Origin: Gracilinanus agilis
Lineage: Eukaryota
NCBI RefSeq assembly: GCF_016433145.1
Contig: NC_058133.1
Span: 259,332,216 to 259,394,615, forward strand
Reading direction: 5' to 3'
Length of the DNA: 62,400 nucleotides
In this document: piece by piece, positions 31,561 to 45,900 of the stretch
Position numbering within the stretch: the first letter of the stretch is position 1
Layout: the number at the start of each line of letters is the position of its first letter
The notes under the pieces: generated by a model
Database searches by the model: none
The model's input: the letters and a program-made list of their open reading frames with translations, nothing else
Told to the model about the DNA's origin: nothing
Made by a program: the position numbers and the translations under genes

Positions 31561-33371
31561 ATGAGTTCCCTATGCTGTTAGGAAATCAGATGAAGGAAAC
31601 TGCAATGTTTTGCCTGGGGAACACCTTGAATAGTTTTCTTTATCCCAGAAAACAGAACCAGGAACAAGGGATGGAAATTTGGAGGCAGCATGCATTATGG
31701 TTAACCAATTTACATGTGCCTTGTTTTTCTATGAAATTCCATGTTTGTTTACTGCCTTCTTGACCTTGGGTAAAGACTAGCTAGCATTTTTTTTTTTTTT
31801 ATAAACTCTTACCTTCCATCTTAGACTTGATAACTGTGTATTGGGTTGAACAATGGTAAGGGCTAGGCAAGGGAGGCTAAGTGACTTGCCCAGGGTTACA
31901 CAGCTGTTATCTGAGGCCACATTTGAACCCAAGGCCTCGTCTTCAGGGCTGGCTCTCAATCCAGAGCCACCTAGCTTCCCCCTAGCATTTATTCATGTAA
32001 TACTTTTATGTCATTCAGTCCTCACAACACCGTGACCAACGTGCTAGCATTAGCCTCCTTTGCAAGGTTTTGAGTTATTAAAGGTTGTACACAGCCAGCA
32101 TCTGGGGCAGGATTCTAACTCAGGTTCAGCACCCAAATTCTCTGTGCCAGCTGGTGGCCTAACCAAATCACTCTACCTCTGTGGGCCTCGGTTTCACCAT
32201 CTTTAAAATAGAAAGGGTTGAATCAGATGTCCTCGGAGGTTCCTTCTAGCTTCAGAGCGATAAAGGCAATCATGTGTCTGGCTCTGAAGAATTCGCTCCT
32301 CCCAGCTCTGGCTTCCTACTTCCCCCAGAACTACCCCAAGTGTCATATGGTAAAACCATTCATTAGGTTTACGAGAGTGCTTCTATTACTTCTCCCTTTG
32401 GGGTTCACAAACTGCCCTTCCACCAATACCAAGGAAAGGCTGACCACTGGGCTTTAGGGCCATGTCCTTCAGGTCACTAGGCGTTGTTAGCAGTATCCAC
32501 AGCAAATCCAGGAGTAGATGGGTCTCAGACTGACTAGGAAGCAGACAGGAGTGGGCCATGAGGCTCCTGGTTCACAATGGGCCCTAGGAATCCTTTGAAG
32601 AAACATCAGACTATCTCAAGTCCCACTACCAAATTTCTAACAAAATTATCTAGCCTTTGCTTAGAAGACATCTTCAAGGGAAAACTCATCCAAACCACTC
32701 TAAGCAGTCTATTTCCACTTTTGGACAGCTCTGGGAATTTGAGTTTTTTCCCTATAGGGATCTAAATCTTGAATCTGCTTCTAACATGATAGACTAGTTT
32801 ATTGTTTTTCAGGGTTTGGGGTTCAAACTGCAATGGTGCTGGGAGTGATATAAACATGGTAGGACTGTAGAAAAATGAAAATGATCACTAACACTTATCT
32901 AGAGCTTCATATTTTACCAAGAACCATTCAGCTAGTCTGTCAGGTAGGTGGGTAGATTTAAAATTAACCTCAGGACAAATTTAACAAGTCAAGATGTTTA
33001 ACTAGGAGCTGCCTTGAGAAAGTTGCCCAAGCACAAGCTGGATGGGACCATTTGTTAAGAAACTCTTAAACAGGATTAACTCCAAAAAAGGTGTTACACT
33101 ATGGTCTCTCAGGCACTTTCCAATTCAGATTCTAGGACTAATGGGATTTAAAACTATTAAACCACCAGTGATTCTAAAAATGGGAAGCTTTTGCTACCTC
33201 TTCCCAAAATAATAAGTGAGGAACACAGAGAAGGGGATTGATTTCTATAAGAGGGGAGGGACAGATCCTGGGACCAAAATTCCTTTTTTTCCCTCCCTAC
33301 TCCAGAATCTGCCTGAGCCTGGGACGAGAACTGCCACAACAGGAAAACCTGGCAGAACATTAGGATTTCCC

Positions 33372-33708
33372 TGTCAGGCCTAGACAAATGACTTCCTACA
33401 TAACTGGCCTTCAGGCCTCAGAACTTACCACCTCCAGAGACGAGGACTCCTTACCCCCTCAGGGCCATCCAATGAGCTTCACATAAGTACCCCAACTTTG
33501 CTCAATAGAGACAACCCAAGTTACCTCATCCCAGACCACCACCCTATAAAAGACTGCCCCCCTCACCCAGGTGGAGACCCCTAGCCATCTACTGGTTGCT
33601 GGCTGCCCTGCTTTGCTTTCCCTTCCTCCTTCCCACAATAAAGCTTTGTTGCATAACTCAACTCCCTCCTTTGCCTCAGGTCAGATCTGAGGTGAGCTAG
33701 GTCTGACA
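33372..33708 (+). mobile_element. 337-bp solo LTR with CCAAT, TATA and AATAAA
   Basis: Ends TGTCAGGCCTAG / CTAGGTCTGACA (11/12 inverted match); CCAAT 33469, TATAAA 33545-33550, AATAAA 33637-33642. No TSD found. Confidence 0.7.
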
Positions 33709-33862
33709 AGGAGTATGATGGCACTTTCTCTGGCTTTAAGAGAGGACTGTGTGCTCATCTGGAGGAAACATGGGTTAATCAGGTTAGCCAAATCCCAAAG
33801 CTACTTTCCTGACAAATTCAGACATCCTCATGTAAGGCATTATATCAACAACACAGTTTTTC

Positions 33863-33868
33863 TTTAAT
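33863..33868 (-). terminator. WDR46: Probable WDR46 poly(A) signal ATTAAA
   Basis: tttaat on + strand, about 110 nt past the stop; the first AWTAAA I found downstream. Confidence 0.6.
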
Positions 33869-33976
33869 ACGTCACTGTCCCTGTAACTCTGATGTCCAGG
33901 TCCTTTTGGGCAGGAGTGCAAGAAGGAGGGTCTGAGTCTGTCCCAACACACAAGATCCAGGAAGCTGGGGCTTCCC

Positions 33977-36900
33977 TTAGCGTTTAAATCTATCCAAAGC
34001 AGAAGGCCGAGGCCCAGTAGATTGGGAGGTTTGTAGTTTTTTCTGCTTTTTCTGTTGCTGCTGCTCAAGGCTTTGCCGGACCTGCTCCTAAAATGGAAGA
34101 CAACAAAGTATAGGAGGAAGTCTAGGAAAGAAGCCCCCAGCTGGGGTGGTTTGGTGAGGAGAGCTTGTGTTCTGGGAGGCGTTCATCCATTTAATCTCAC
34201 GCTTCACCATCCCAGACCACTGCCCTATAAAAGATTGCCCCCTTCACCCAGGTGGAGACCCCTAGCAATCTACCGGTTGTCAGCTGCGCTCCCCTTTGCT
34301 TCACCCTCCCTCCAACCCACCCCCAAACTACTCCCATGACTCCAGTTCCCCTTACCCTGTGTTCCTGGTCTTTAACTTTAGTTTTCCTCTTCACCAAGTT
34401 TGCTGTTGAGCTCCTTCCCTTCTTTTTCTGCTTTGGCTGGAAGGGGGCCTTAGCTTCAGGGTCATACCCCTGGTAAAGAAAAACGGTTGGCTTGTGAAAC
34501 AACAGAATTTACTTTCTGGGTATTCCAAATTGACAGGGGCATTTCTTCAGAAAGTAATAAGGTCTCTGTGTATTTGGAACCAGTATTATTTTTGCCCCTG
34601 GACACAGAGGTGAGCATGGGTTTGGATGAGGATCTGGGTGAATCAAAGATCATTCATTCTCTCTCTTTTTTTTAAAGGGGTTGGGGAAGCAAAGTGTCCA
34701 GACTGGCCTCTTGGAATCTTCTGCCAACTAAACTATTCCTGATTCTGTCCTCTGGGCCCAAGTAGAAGTCAAGACTACTACCCTCAAGTTTTATAAACAA
34801 AGAACCTGATGCCATTGCTCAGTTACTTTTCAGGCATGAAAACTAAAATATGAAAACCAACTCTTCCTGACCCCATTTGGGGTTTTCTTGACAAAGTTAC
34901 TGGAATGGTTTGCAATTTCCTTCTCCAGCTCATTTTTACAGGAAACTGAGGCAAACAGGGCTAAGTGACTTGCCCATGTTGACACACTTTGTATGTGAGG
35001 TCATAAGAATGTGTATTCCTGACTCCAGGCCCAGCACTCTATCCACTGTGCTACCTAACTGCCCCTACATGTCTACATATAGAAAAAGCTTTCCCCAAGA
35101 TCTCATGAGTCTTTTTTTTTAAACACCTTCCTTCTTAGAATCAATATTACATATCAGTTCAAAGGCAGAAAAATGGTAAGGGTTATTAGACAATGGGGGT
35201 TAAGTGATTTGCCCAGGGTCACACAGTTAGGAGGTATTGTGAGACCAGATCCGAACCCAGGACCTCCTATCTCTAGGTCTGACTCTCAATCCACTGAGCC
35301 ACTTAGAGTCCTACATAGACTCTAAGGGGCAGAGCCAGTTTTTAAGTGGAAATTTTCCAACACCAAAGCCAGTTTTCTAACTTCTCTGAGATGAGTCTGG
35401 GGTTGACTATATTTTCAAAATGCAGAGAAAGAGGGTGTACAGGATCTTCTCACCAGTCGCTCTACTCGCTCCTTCTTTTTCTGCTCCAAAGAGATGACAT
35501 CAATTTCACCCAGATTCCGAGGATCCAGGTCAATCAGTTCTGCTGGGATCTAGGAGTGTTATAAGGATAGAGAAGGAAAAAGATAGGATCATGGGTTGTC
35601 ATGGAAAGGAGACAGTGGAGAAGATGAGGTTTATATAGAGGGCCAAGTCTCACCCAAGGGGATTATCAACTCTGATTCTTAATAATGCTCAGTGAACTCA
35701 TGCAAATGCCAGCACACACACAAACACCCCTCCATCTAGTACTTCTCTCACACTCACACACACACTGCCCCCCACTTCCTTTCTCTCTACCCCACCCTTC
35801 TTCACCTTCCTCCAACACCCTCAAATATATCTGTGTACTCACTTTCTCCATCAGAGCTTTCACTTCCCATTCTTGACGTTGTTTACGGCTCCTATAGGGG
35901 TTACTCTCCAGACCATCAAAATTGGGCTCCCCAGCCCCTAGGAAGGGGAGGGAACACAATCTCAGGAACAGAAACTAAATCTGGAAATAGCCTTCCCTTG
36001 TTCCATCTCCTCATGAGTCCATTCTCATCCCTAGGGCATGCCCTCCTATTCATCTTCTCTACTGCCATTCAAAATCATCTGGGCTTACTTCCTAGCTCCT
36101 AACTCCTTTGTTGAGAATACTGGGATTTATATCTTTTCTCTCATCCTCTGCTCTCCCAATTTCCTATATCCCCAGCTAATTTGCAAACAGGTGGATGACA
36201 GTGGATAGTATGTTATACCTGGGGTCAAGAAAACTTTAGTTCAAAACCTGCCTCACATAGCTGTATGACCCTAGGGAAGTCACTTAACCTGCCTTCCTCA
36301 GGTTCCTCATTTGTGGGATAATATCAACCATCTCCCAGGGTTGATGTCAAGATAAAACAAGTTAATAATTGCGAAGAGCTTTGCAAACCTTAAAGCGCGA
36401 TAGCAGTACTATCTGTTATTAGTCTGAGGTAATAACCTAGGAATCATGGCCTAGTAACGCTCATAATTGGCCCTCTGTCTCATCCTCTTTCCTTACTTCC
36501 TATCCCTCCTGGTCATGTTTTGGCCCTCTTCCCACGGGGATCTCTAGCTCACCAGGTACCAGGATGCTGGTGAAGCCTCTGCTGTGGCCTGCCCCAAGCA
36601 CATCCTCAAAGGGGCAGAATTGAAGGCTATGGATGTGGCCATGGGGCCGATGGGTCAAATATGGCTGGTCAAGGGAGGGAAAGCCACCTTGCCCTTGTCC
36701 CCTCCATATGTTCACCACATCCCCCATGCTTCCAGCCAGCAGGCCTCTCTGGGAGAATGCCAAGTGACCTGCTCCCTGGGGCAGTGTCCGAGCTGTGAGA
36801 GGCTGGTATTTTCCTCGAAGGTCAAAGATTTTCACCTGATGGTCCAGGCCAGAAGTTGCCATGTACCTGGAAGAATCAATCAGTATTTACTGAGTATTCA

Positions 36901-39900
36901 TCTATGTGCCAGGATAGGATATAAAAGAAAGCGTAAGACAGTCTTTGCCTTCAAGGACCTTAATTTTGCATTTCTCACTCACTGTAATTTAATAAAACAA
37001 CTAAGTGGATTGGAGAGCCAGGCCTAGAGATGGGAGGCCCTGGACAAGTCACTTAACCCCCACTGCTTAGCCTTTACTATTGCTCTCCTGAAACCGAAAG
37101 ATAAGGTTTAAAAAAGAAAAGAAGTACTCTAGAACAAAGAACTGTTATTATTATCAAGAAGAAGGAACTATGCAAAGCCCCAGGAGGCAAGAAACATGAA
37201 GCACTGGGAAGTTACTGAAAAGTTTCAGACAAGACAAAGTTTGGTTAGTTACAATAACCCACTGTTCAATAAACCTAAAAATATAAACTACTTAGAAAAG
37301 AATTCCCTATTTGATAATTTCTGAGAAGATGTAGAACAATTAGGTTTAGACAAACATCTTATACCACACTCCACAATAACTGTAAAATGGATACATGACT
37401 AATATTAAAGATCATGTGATGAAAAATAAGAGAAACAGATTATAGACTTTTCACAGCTCTAGATAGAGGTTTTTGTTTCTTTTAAATAAAGTCTTACTTT
37501 CTGTCTTAGTAATAATGCTAAGAAAGAAGGGCAAAGGCTATGAAACTGAGGTTAAGTGACTGGAGTCTAGAACTCTATCTACTGTGTTCCTTAGTTCTTA
37601 ATCAAACAAAAGATGAAGGAAGTTATAATAGATAAAACAGATTACTTTGATTGAAATTGAAAAGGTTCCAAATAAACAAAATTAATACACCTAAGATAAC
37701 AGACAGTTCTGGGGAAAAAAAAAAATCTTACCCTCACGACCACTACCACCCTCCTCCTCCCCATTTCTCTGAAAAAGGTTTCATATTTAAGATCTATAGA
37801 CAAATCACAAAAAAAAGACCAAGGGCTGTCAATCAATGGATAGAGCACCAGGTCTGGAGATGGAAGGCCCTAGCTTCAAATCTTGCTTCTGACACTTAAT
37901 AGTCATGACCCTTACCACCCTTCTGCCTCACAATTCTAAGATAGAAGATAGTGTTGTTTTTTAAAAGAACAACAACAACAAAAGTCAAAAGCCATGTTGA
38001 ATTAGGATATTTTTTTGAGAAATGTTTCCACTTCTGGCCTCCAAAAACAGTTTGAAACTGGGTTGGGTCCTCCTTTCTTTTGTCTAAATGTAAAAACTAG
38101 CAGAGTGTTCCCTATTTATCTGTAAACTAGGATTCAAATAGGTGTTGAAATCAACTAGGTAGCTGTCCTGTCATGTCCGGATGCATGTCATCACATGACA
38201 GGGAGGAGTTGAGGTCTGAGGCCACTCTCTGCATACCTCTTCTCTCATCAGAAATGTCCTGGGGAAGGAATGAGTGATGCTGTCAGAAGGGATATGTACA
38301 AAAATTTTTATGGCAAATCTTTTTTTGGTGACAAAGAACTGGCAACCAAGGGAATGCCCTTCAATTAGGGACTGGCTGAACAAGTTGTAATATATAAACA
38401 TAACAATTCATTAATAATGAAATGGATGGTTTCAGAAAAACCTAAAAAGATTTGTATAAACTAAGGCAAAGCAAAATGAACAAGGCAAGTACAATTTGTA
38501 AGATAACAACACTGTAAAGACAAACTACTCTGAAAGATTAGGAACTTTGAGCAATCACACAATAACCAACCACAGTTCGAGAAAATACATGATGAAACAT
38601 GCTTTGCACCTCCAGACAGAAAGGTAATTGACTCATAGTGAATGACAGGTACTTTTTGGGAGGATGTGATTAACAAGGGAATTTGTTTTGTATGACTCTA
38701 CCGGTTTGAAATGGATTTTGGTTTTTCATTTTCTCAAAGTAGGAGAAAATTCAGACTTTTAAAAATAAAGTTGAGTTTTAAAAAATTTACAAAGAATAAG
38801 CATAACCCTAAAGTAGCGATATAAGAAGACACCTTTCCCAACTGCTGTGGCAGATAGAGCACTACAAATATTTCCAGTGTTTTTAGGTATGATGATTGGC
38901 TTAACCAGGGTTTTTTTCCTTTTTTTTTTCACTTTCTCTCATTTTCTTTAAAAAAAAAAAAATTATTTTGTTACATGGGATGGCTGAGAAGGGAAAAGAG
39001 AAGGATATAGGGGAAATTTGGGCAACATGAAAACAAAATACAGCAGCTAAATGGGTCAGTGGATAAAGTGCCAGACCTAGACTCAGGAAGACTAAATTCC
39101 TAAATTCTAATCTGGTCTCAAGTCATATAGCTGTGTGACCCTGGTTTGCCACAGTTTCCTCATCTGTATAAGTGAGTTGGAGAAGGAAATAGCAAACTAC
39201 TCCTGTATCTTTGCTAAGAAAACTCTAAATGGGGACATGAAAATTGAATATGACTGAACATCAACAAAAACAAAATATCAATAATTTTATTTAAGTTTGG
39301 ACAACTATATGAGAGCCAAACAAATAACCTAAGCCATATTACATATAAACTAAGTGATCATCTGGTATCTGTTTAAAGATCTCAAAAGAGAGCAAACTCA
39401 CTACCTCCCGTGTTAGCTTGAAGGCTAAATTTGTTTTCTGCAACTTCCACCTAATTTTGGCTCCTCGTTCAGCAAAATTCAATATGTGTAATCACTCTTC
39501 TAAATGAAGACATGGTTTTCCTGTTCCCAGTATTCTCCTATACTCCCATCATTTGGAGTTGAATAAAAATGAAGGAAGTCATACTACCAAATTGAATCAG
39601 TCCACTATAATTTTATCTAACTAGCACTGCTGCAAGGCAGTTATTCCTCCTTAACTGATTCTTTCTCACTCACCACTACAGCTGTTCCAAACATTTTCTT
39701 TCTCCTAAAGCCTCCCAATATGATTTCTACCCTCTTCCTCCCATCCAGGAGACTTCACTTAATACATCATGCAGAAAACAGAAGTCATTTACCAATGAGT
39801 TCCTCCCCTGCTAACTCTTAAAATCCCTTGCTCACAGTCTCTGTGACCCCACTGAGGGCAAACCCTCTCAGTCTGTACTTGGTTTCATCACTTCTTGTCT

Positions 39901-42900
39901 TCTTTATCAAACTGCCCCCACATCATCCTCACTCCTATCTACAACTGGTCCCCAAAGAGCCTACAAATATGCCCAAATTTCCCTTGTCCTTAAAAAACCT
40001 TTAATATCCTTACTCTCAGCGGAATTAATCCTGAGAGGGAAGAATAGCTATATCCATTGGGATATAGTATTCTATCTGACCCTATGGAGAAAGTCAGAAG
40101 GGATAAACCAAGGGGAGCAGGGGGGTGGGGAGGTCAGAAAAGAGAGGGAAGGAAAGGGGGGAGGGAATTCATTAGGCCTTAAAAAATAAAAAGAGGGGAA
40201 TAATAAGGGAGGGGGTGGAAAGAGAAGTAAACCAAGGGAGGGGACAAAAGGGACTGATTTAAAACAAAACACTGGTTTAAAAGGAAATAGCGTAAGAAGA
40301 AGGGGTAGAACTAGGAGAGGATACCAAAATGTTGAGGAATACACAACTGATAATTATAACTCTGAATGTGAATGGGATGAACTCGACCATAAAACGGAAG
40401 CAAATAGCAAGAGTGGATTAGAAACCAAAATCCTACCATATATTGTCTATAAGAAACACATGAGGCGAGTGGACATACACAGGTTTAAGGTCAATGGGTG
40501 GAGCAAAATCTTTTGGGCTTCAACTGAGAAAAAGAAGGCAGGAGTGGCAATCATGATTTCTGACAAAGCCAAAGTAAAAATAGATCTGATTAAAAGAGAC
40601 AGGGAAGGTAATTACATCCTGATAAAAGGCAGTACAGACAATGAGGAAATAACAGTACTCAACATGTATGCACCAAATAGTATAGCATCCAAATTCCTAA
40701 AGGAGAAACTGGCAGAGCTCAAGGAGGAAATAGATAGTAAAACTATACTAGTGGGAGATCTAAATATTCCTCTTTCAGATCTAGATAAATCAAACCAAAA
40801 AATAAATAAGAAAGAGATAAGAGGTGAATGAAATCCTAGAAAAATTAGAGTTAATAGCTATGTGGAGAAAAATAAATAGGGTCAAAAAGGAATACAACTT
40901 CTTTTCAGCTGCACGTGGTACATTCATAAAGATTGACCATGTACTAGGGCATAGAAACATGGCACATAAATGCAAAAGAGCAGAAATGATAAATGTAACC
41001 TTTTTAGATCACAATGCAATAAAAATAATAATCAATAAGGGCACATGGACAGGCAAATAAAAAACTCATTGGAAAGTAAATATGATTCTCCAAAACCAGT
41101 TAAAGAACAAATCAAAGGAATAATCAATAATTTCATTGAAGAGAATGACAATGATGAGACATCCTACCAAATTCTGTGGGATGCAGCTAAGGCATTACTC
41201 AGGGGGAAATTTATATCCTTGAGTGCATATATTAAAAAATTAAGAGAGGGCAAAGATCAATGAATTGGGCCTGCAAATCAAAAAACTAGAAAGGGAACAA
41301 ATTAAAAACCCCCAGTTAAAGACCAAATTAGAAGATTATAAAAATTAAAGGAGAAATCAATAAAATTGAAAGTAAAAGAACTATTGAATTAATAAATAAG
41401 ACAAGAAGCTGGTACTTTGAAAAAAACAAATAAAATTGACAAAGTACTGGTCAATCTAATTTTTATAAAGGAAAGAAAAAAAACCAAATCATCAGTATCA
41501 AAGATGAAAAGGGAGACCTCACCTCTAATGAAGAGGAAATCAAGGCAATCATTAAAAACTATTTTGCCCAATTATATGGCAATAATTATAGCAATCTAGG
41601 TGATATGGATGAATATTTTAAAAAATATAAATTGCCTAGATTAACAGCAGAAGAAATAGAATATTTAAACAATCCCATCTCAGAGAAAGAAATTGCAAAG
41701 AACTCCCTAAGAAAAAATCCCCAGGACCAGATGGATTCACAAGTAAATTCTACCAAACCTTCAAAGAACAACTAATTCCAATACTACACAAACTATTTGA
41801 AATAATAAGCAAAGAAGGAACAAAGTACCATTAAGAAAATTAAGTTGTCACACCAAATCAAGGCAAAGGCAAAAGATTCAGTAAAAACAAAAGATTATTG
41901 CAGAAGCAATTCTCTTGTCATGGCAGCATCATGAAACTTCATGAGTTAACCAGGTCATTCATTTTGCAGATAATTTCCAAATTCCTAAATTCTATTCTTT
42001 GGCAAGAAGGGCAAAAATTTCCATTTGAAATGTTGGCCTAGTTGGTGTTTTTATTACCTGGCCCACAGACATTTACAAAGGTATATCTGGCATATCCAGT
42101 CTCCTCTTGCCCCTCTCCCCCCATCATCATTGTTTCCAGCCATAAATGTATAAACTCTTCCAGTTATGAGAATTTAGCAATTCTGAGTTTTATGAGGACT
42201 TCTGTATCTCAAAATTATTCCTTTGAACTGACTATCTGTATTGTTTCCCATCTGCTACTGACATCCGCCAGGTGTACAATGGGTAATGATTTTTCCTAAT
42301 AAAATAACTCAAGCTGGACCATAGCTTGAGCACTCTTCCCAACCTTCATTCTGGCTCCTCATCTTTCTGTAATTTCTACAGCTTCATGTCAGTTGCTCCT
42401 CCCCAGTCAAAAAATCCTACCTTCTACAGGAATCCCTCTTAATCCCAGTGTCTTCTCTCTGTTTATTATTTCCTATTTATCCTATCTATATCCTGTTTTC
42501 TATATATTTTGTTTGCATGTTATCTCACCCATCAGACTGTAAGTTCCTTGAGGGCAAAGACTATCTTTTTGTATCCCCAATGTTTAGAACAGGGTCTGGC
42601 ACATAGTATGTGTTTTGATTAATGTTTACTGATTAACTGCCAATACTCCCTTCCTAGATGTTCTCTTCTCTGAGTTTTTTTGATACTGTTCTCTTAATAC
42701 TTGGGAGCTAGTTGGTGTAATAGATAGAGCTCTGGACCTAACATTATGACTTCAAATCTAGCCTCAAACACTAGCTGTGTAATCCTGAGCAAGTGACTTA
42801 ACCAGTGCCTCTAATTCCATTTGTAAAATAGGGGTAATAGCACTGAACTCACAGAGCTATTGTGAGGATCTATTGTAATAATATTTGCAAATGTTTAGCA

Positions 42901-45900
42901 CAGTTGAGCACATAGCAGATGTCTAACAAATGCTTGTATCCTTCCTTCTTTTCCCTCCTTTTAGTCTCTTGACCCCCTTATCTAAATGCTCCTTCTTCCT
43001 CTGCTGAACCTTCCCCACCAGTAAATGGACCCCAGAGCACTCTCCTGGACCTTTTTTTTCTTCTCTCCTTATAGTCTTTCATTTGATAAAATCATCCAGA
43101 ACAACCAGCACTAGTATCTGTCTCCCAAGCCCCATCATTAACTGCAGAGGCACCTCAAACTCAACATGTTCAAAACACAAGTCGGTCTTTCCATTCCAAA
43201 ACTACCCTTCAGACTTCCCTATTTCTGTCAAAGGGACCACCACTCTTTTATAGTCCCTAAATTAAAAACCTCAGTGACATTCTCAACTCCTCAGTCTCCT
43301 TCACCTTATACACCCAATCAATGACCCAATTTTCTCATTCCCACCTTTACACATCCTCTCACATCTGCCCCTGCTACCTATATACAAGATCATCACTCTA
43401 GTTCAGGTCTTCATCAGCTCTCCCCCTGGCCTGTTTTATAGAGCCTCCTGACTTCACTCCCTGCCTTGTCTCTCTCCTCTCTGATCTGTCCTACACACAG
43501 TTGCCAAAGTGATCTTCCTAAAACATAGATTGCTTCCCTTTATCAAACTTCAGGGGTTCCCTATTGCCTGTGGGACCAAAGAGAAATTCCTATTTGGCAT
43601 GGAAGCCCTTTACTAGTGGGCCCCAGCATGCTTGTTGAATCTTGTGTGTATTGCTTCCCTTCTTGTAGCTCACATCATAGCCAGACATGTTTTCTTGTTC
43701 CTCAAGACATCTTCTGTCTATGCTCAGTCTGTCCCCCACAGTGCCTGATATCACTCATTGCCCTGTTCATGACTCAGTTTGGGCCTACCTTTTACATAAA
43801 CCTCAGCTTCCAGTTCCTCCCCAAAATTACCACTTATTTTATCTGCATGTGACATGAAATTGGGGCATTCATTGTCCTGACTGCTCTTCTCTGGATATTT
43901 TCCAATCAAAGTCCCTCTTAAACTCTAGCACCTGGGGCTCAATCCAACATTCCTTATATGATTTGATCAGAGCAGCCCACAAAGACTTATCACTTCATTA
44001 TTCATGAGAATGATTCCCCTCCTACACTGCCCAGAATGCATTTTCTTTTTTGGCTGTGTAGTCCACAATGATGAAGAAACACTGAATTTGGGAATATATG
44101 AGACTCCACTCACTCTTCTCTTACCTCGGATTCCTCCCTCCCCCCACCCCCAAACTGCTGTTTAACCATGTCTCTCCATCTTATACTTGCTAAGTTTACA
44201 TTCTGGATCCAAGTGTAAGACTTGACATGCATGCTTACTGAATTTCACCTTATACATTCACCTTGTCAAGATCTCTTGACTCTTTGTTAGCTGTCCCTCC
44301 CAGGTCTCTGTCATGCTGGAGTATTTAGATGTAGGGAGTCATTAACCACTAAAGGAGTTAAAGATTGATCGGAAAGAAAGCAATATTTTGAGAACTTGGG
44401 TATGTATAGAATACCTAAGAAAGTTAGGCTCATATACACAAAGGGCTTTAAAAGACTAGCTGCCCTTTAATCTGGCCATACCACCGCTGGGTTTATACCC
44501 CAAAGAGTTAATAAGGAAAAAGACTTGTACAAAAATTTATAGCCACGCTCTTTGTGGTGGCAAAAAATTGGAAAATGAGGGGATGCCCTTTGATTGGGGA
44601 ATGGCTGAACAAATTATGGTGTTCGTTGGTGATGGAATACTATTGTGCTAAAAGGAATGGTGAACTGGGATGGGGATATGATTCTAAATGGTCCCCCTAG
44701 TGCAAATATCAATAATATGGAAATAAGTCTTGATCAATAACGCATGTAAAACCCAATGGAATTGCTCACTGGCTACAGGAGGGGGGTGGGAGAAGGGGTG
44801 TGAAAGAACATGAATCATGTAACCATGGAAAATTTTTCTTAATCAATAAAAAATAATATATTTAAAAAAATAAAGTTAGGTTCAGAGGTAGCTGTTAGGA
44901 GTAAAGGAAGCGTGAGGTGACAGGAAAGATTGGATTCTAAGGTGGTACCAATGTAAGAGGATGAGAGGTCTGATTAAATAACTATAGTGTAGACAAAAAC
45001 AAGAAAAGGATGAGCTTGACCGATAGCAAGAAAGGCCAGTGAAAGGGACTGGGAACACTGGAAGTGGTTCTGGCTTGTGAGAAAAGATGATTATTATTAT
45101 TTTAAAGTTTAAAGTTATGTCAGGTTTAAGGTAATGTCAAATCTGGCCTCAGACACTTCTTGCTGTGCTTGGGCAAGTCAAAATCAACTGCCTAACTGTT
45201 CTTTTCTGTTGGAACTAATATATGGTATCAATTAGAAGAACAGAAAGTATGAGTTGAAAAAAAGTTTAAGGTAATGGTTGGACTAACAAATGTAAATGTC
45301 TGAAAGTAGGAGATGAATCTTGGCTTAATGAATAAGACTAAAATGAAAAGTTTGATAAGCCAAAGCTATAAAGATGGAAGAGCCCATCATTCCAATAAGG
45401 GATAGGTGTTCATGAAAGATAAAATAGGTAATTTTGGTTACATGAACTTTGACAAACAAATGTGATACAACTAGAATAAGAAGGGGAAAAAATCAACCAG
45501 GTCCTCAGAAAAGAGTACTGGTGATGAGGACCTGATATCCAAAACACAGGACCAAAAGCCATTTTCTAGTAGTTAAGGAGTCAAAGAATATGAACAAATA
45601 GTTTTTAAATGAAGAGTTCTAAACCATTAACAAATATAAGAGAATGCAAGTCATTAGTAATAAGAGAATTGCAAATCAAATCCTGAGATTCCACCTCATA
45701 GCCTGAAAATGGACAAAGAGAATAAAGGAAGGAACTAGTCACACTTGGATGGGTTGTGCAAAGATAGGCATACGAAAGCACTACTGGTGGAGCTGTGAAC
45801 TGGTAAAATCATCCTGGAAAGCAGTTTGGAATTATACAAAGAAAGTGACTAAATTAGAGCCAGCTAAGTGGCTCAGAGGATCAAGGGCTAGACCTTGAGA

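Noticed and set aside
40017-44871. The L1 pieces at 40.0-41.8 kb and 44.4-44.9 kb being one broken element
   Set aside because: The 44.4-kb piece has its own TSD on both sides, and L2/L3 sequence lies between them.
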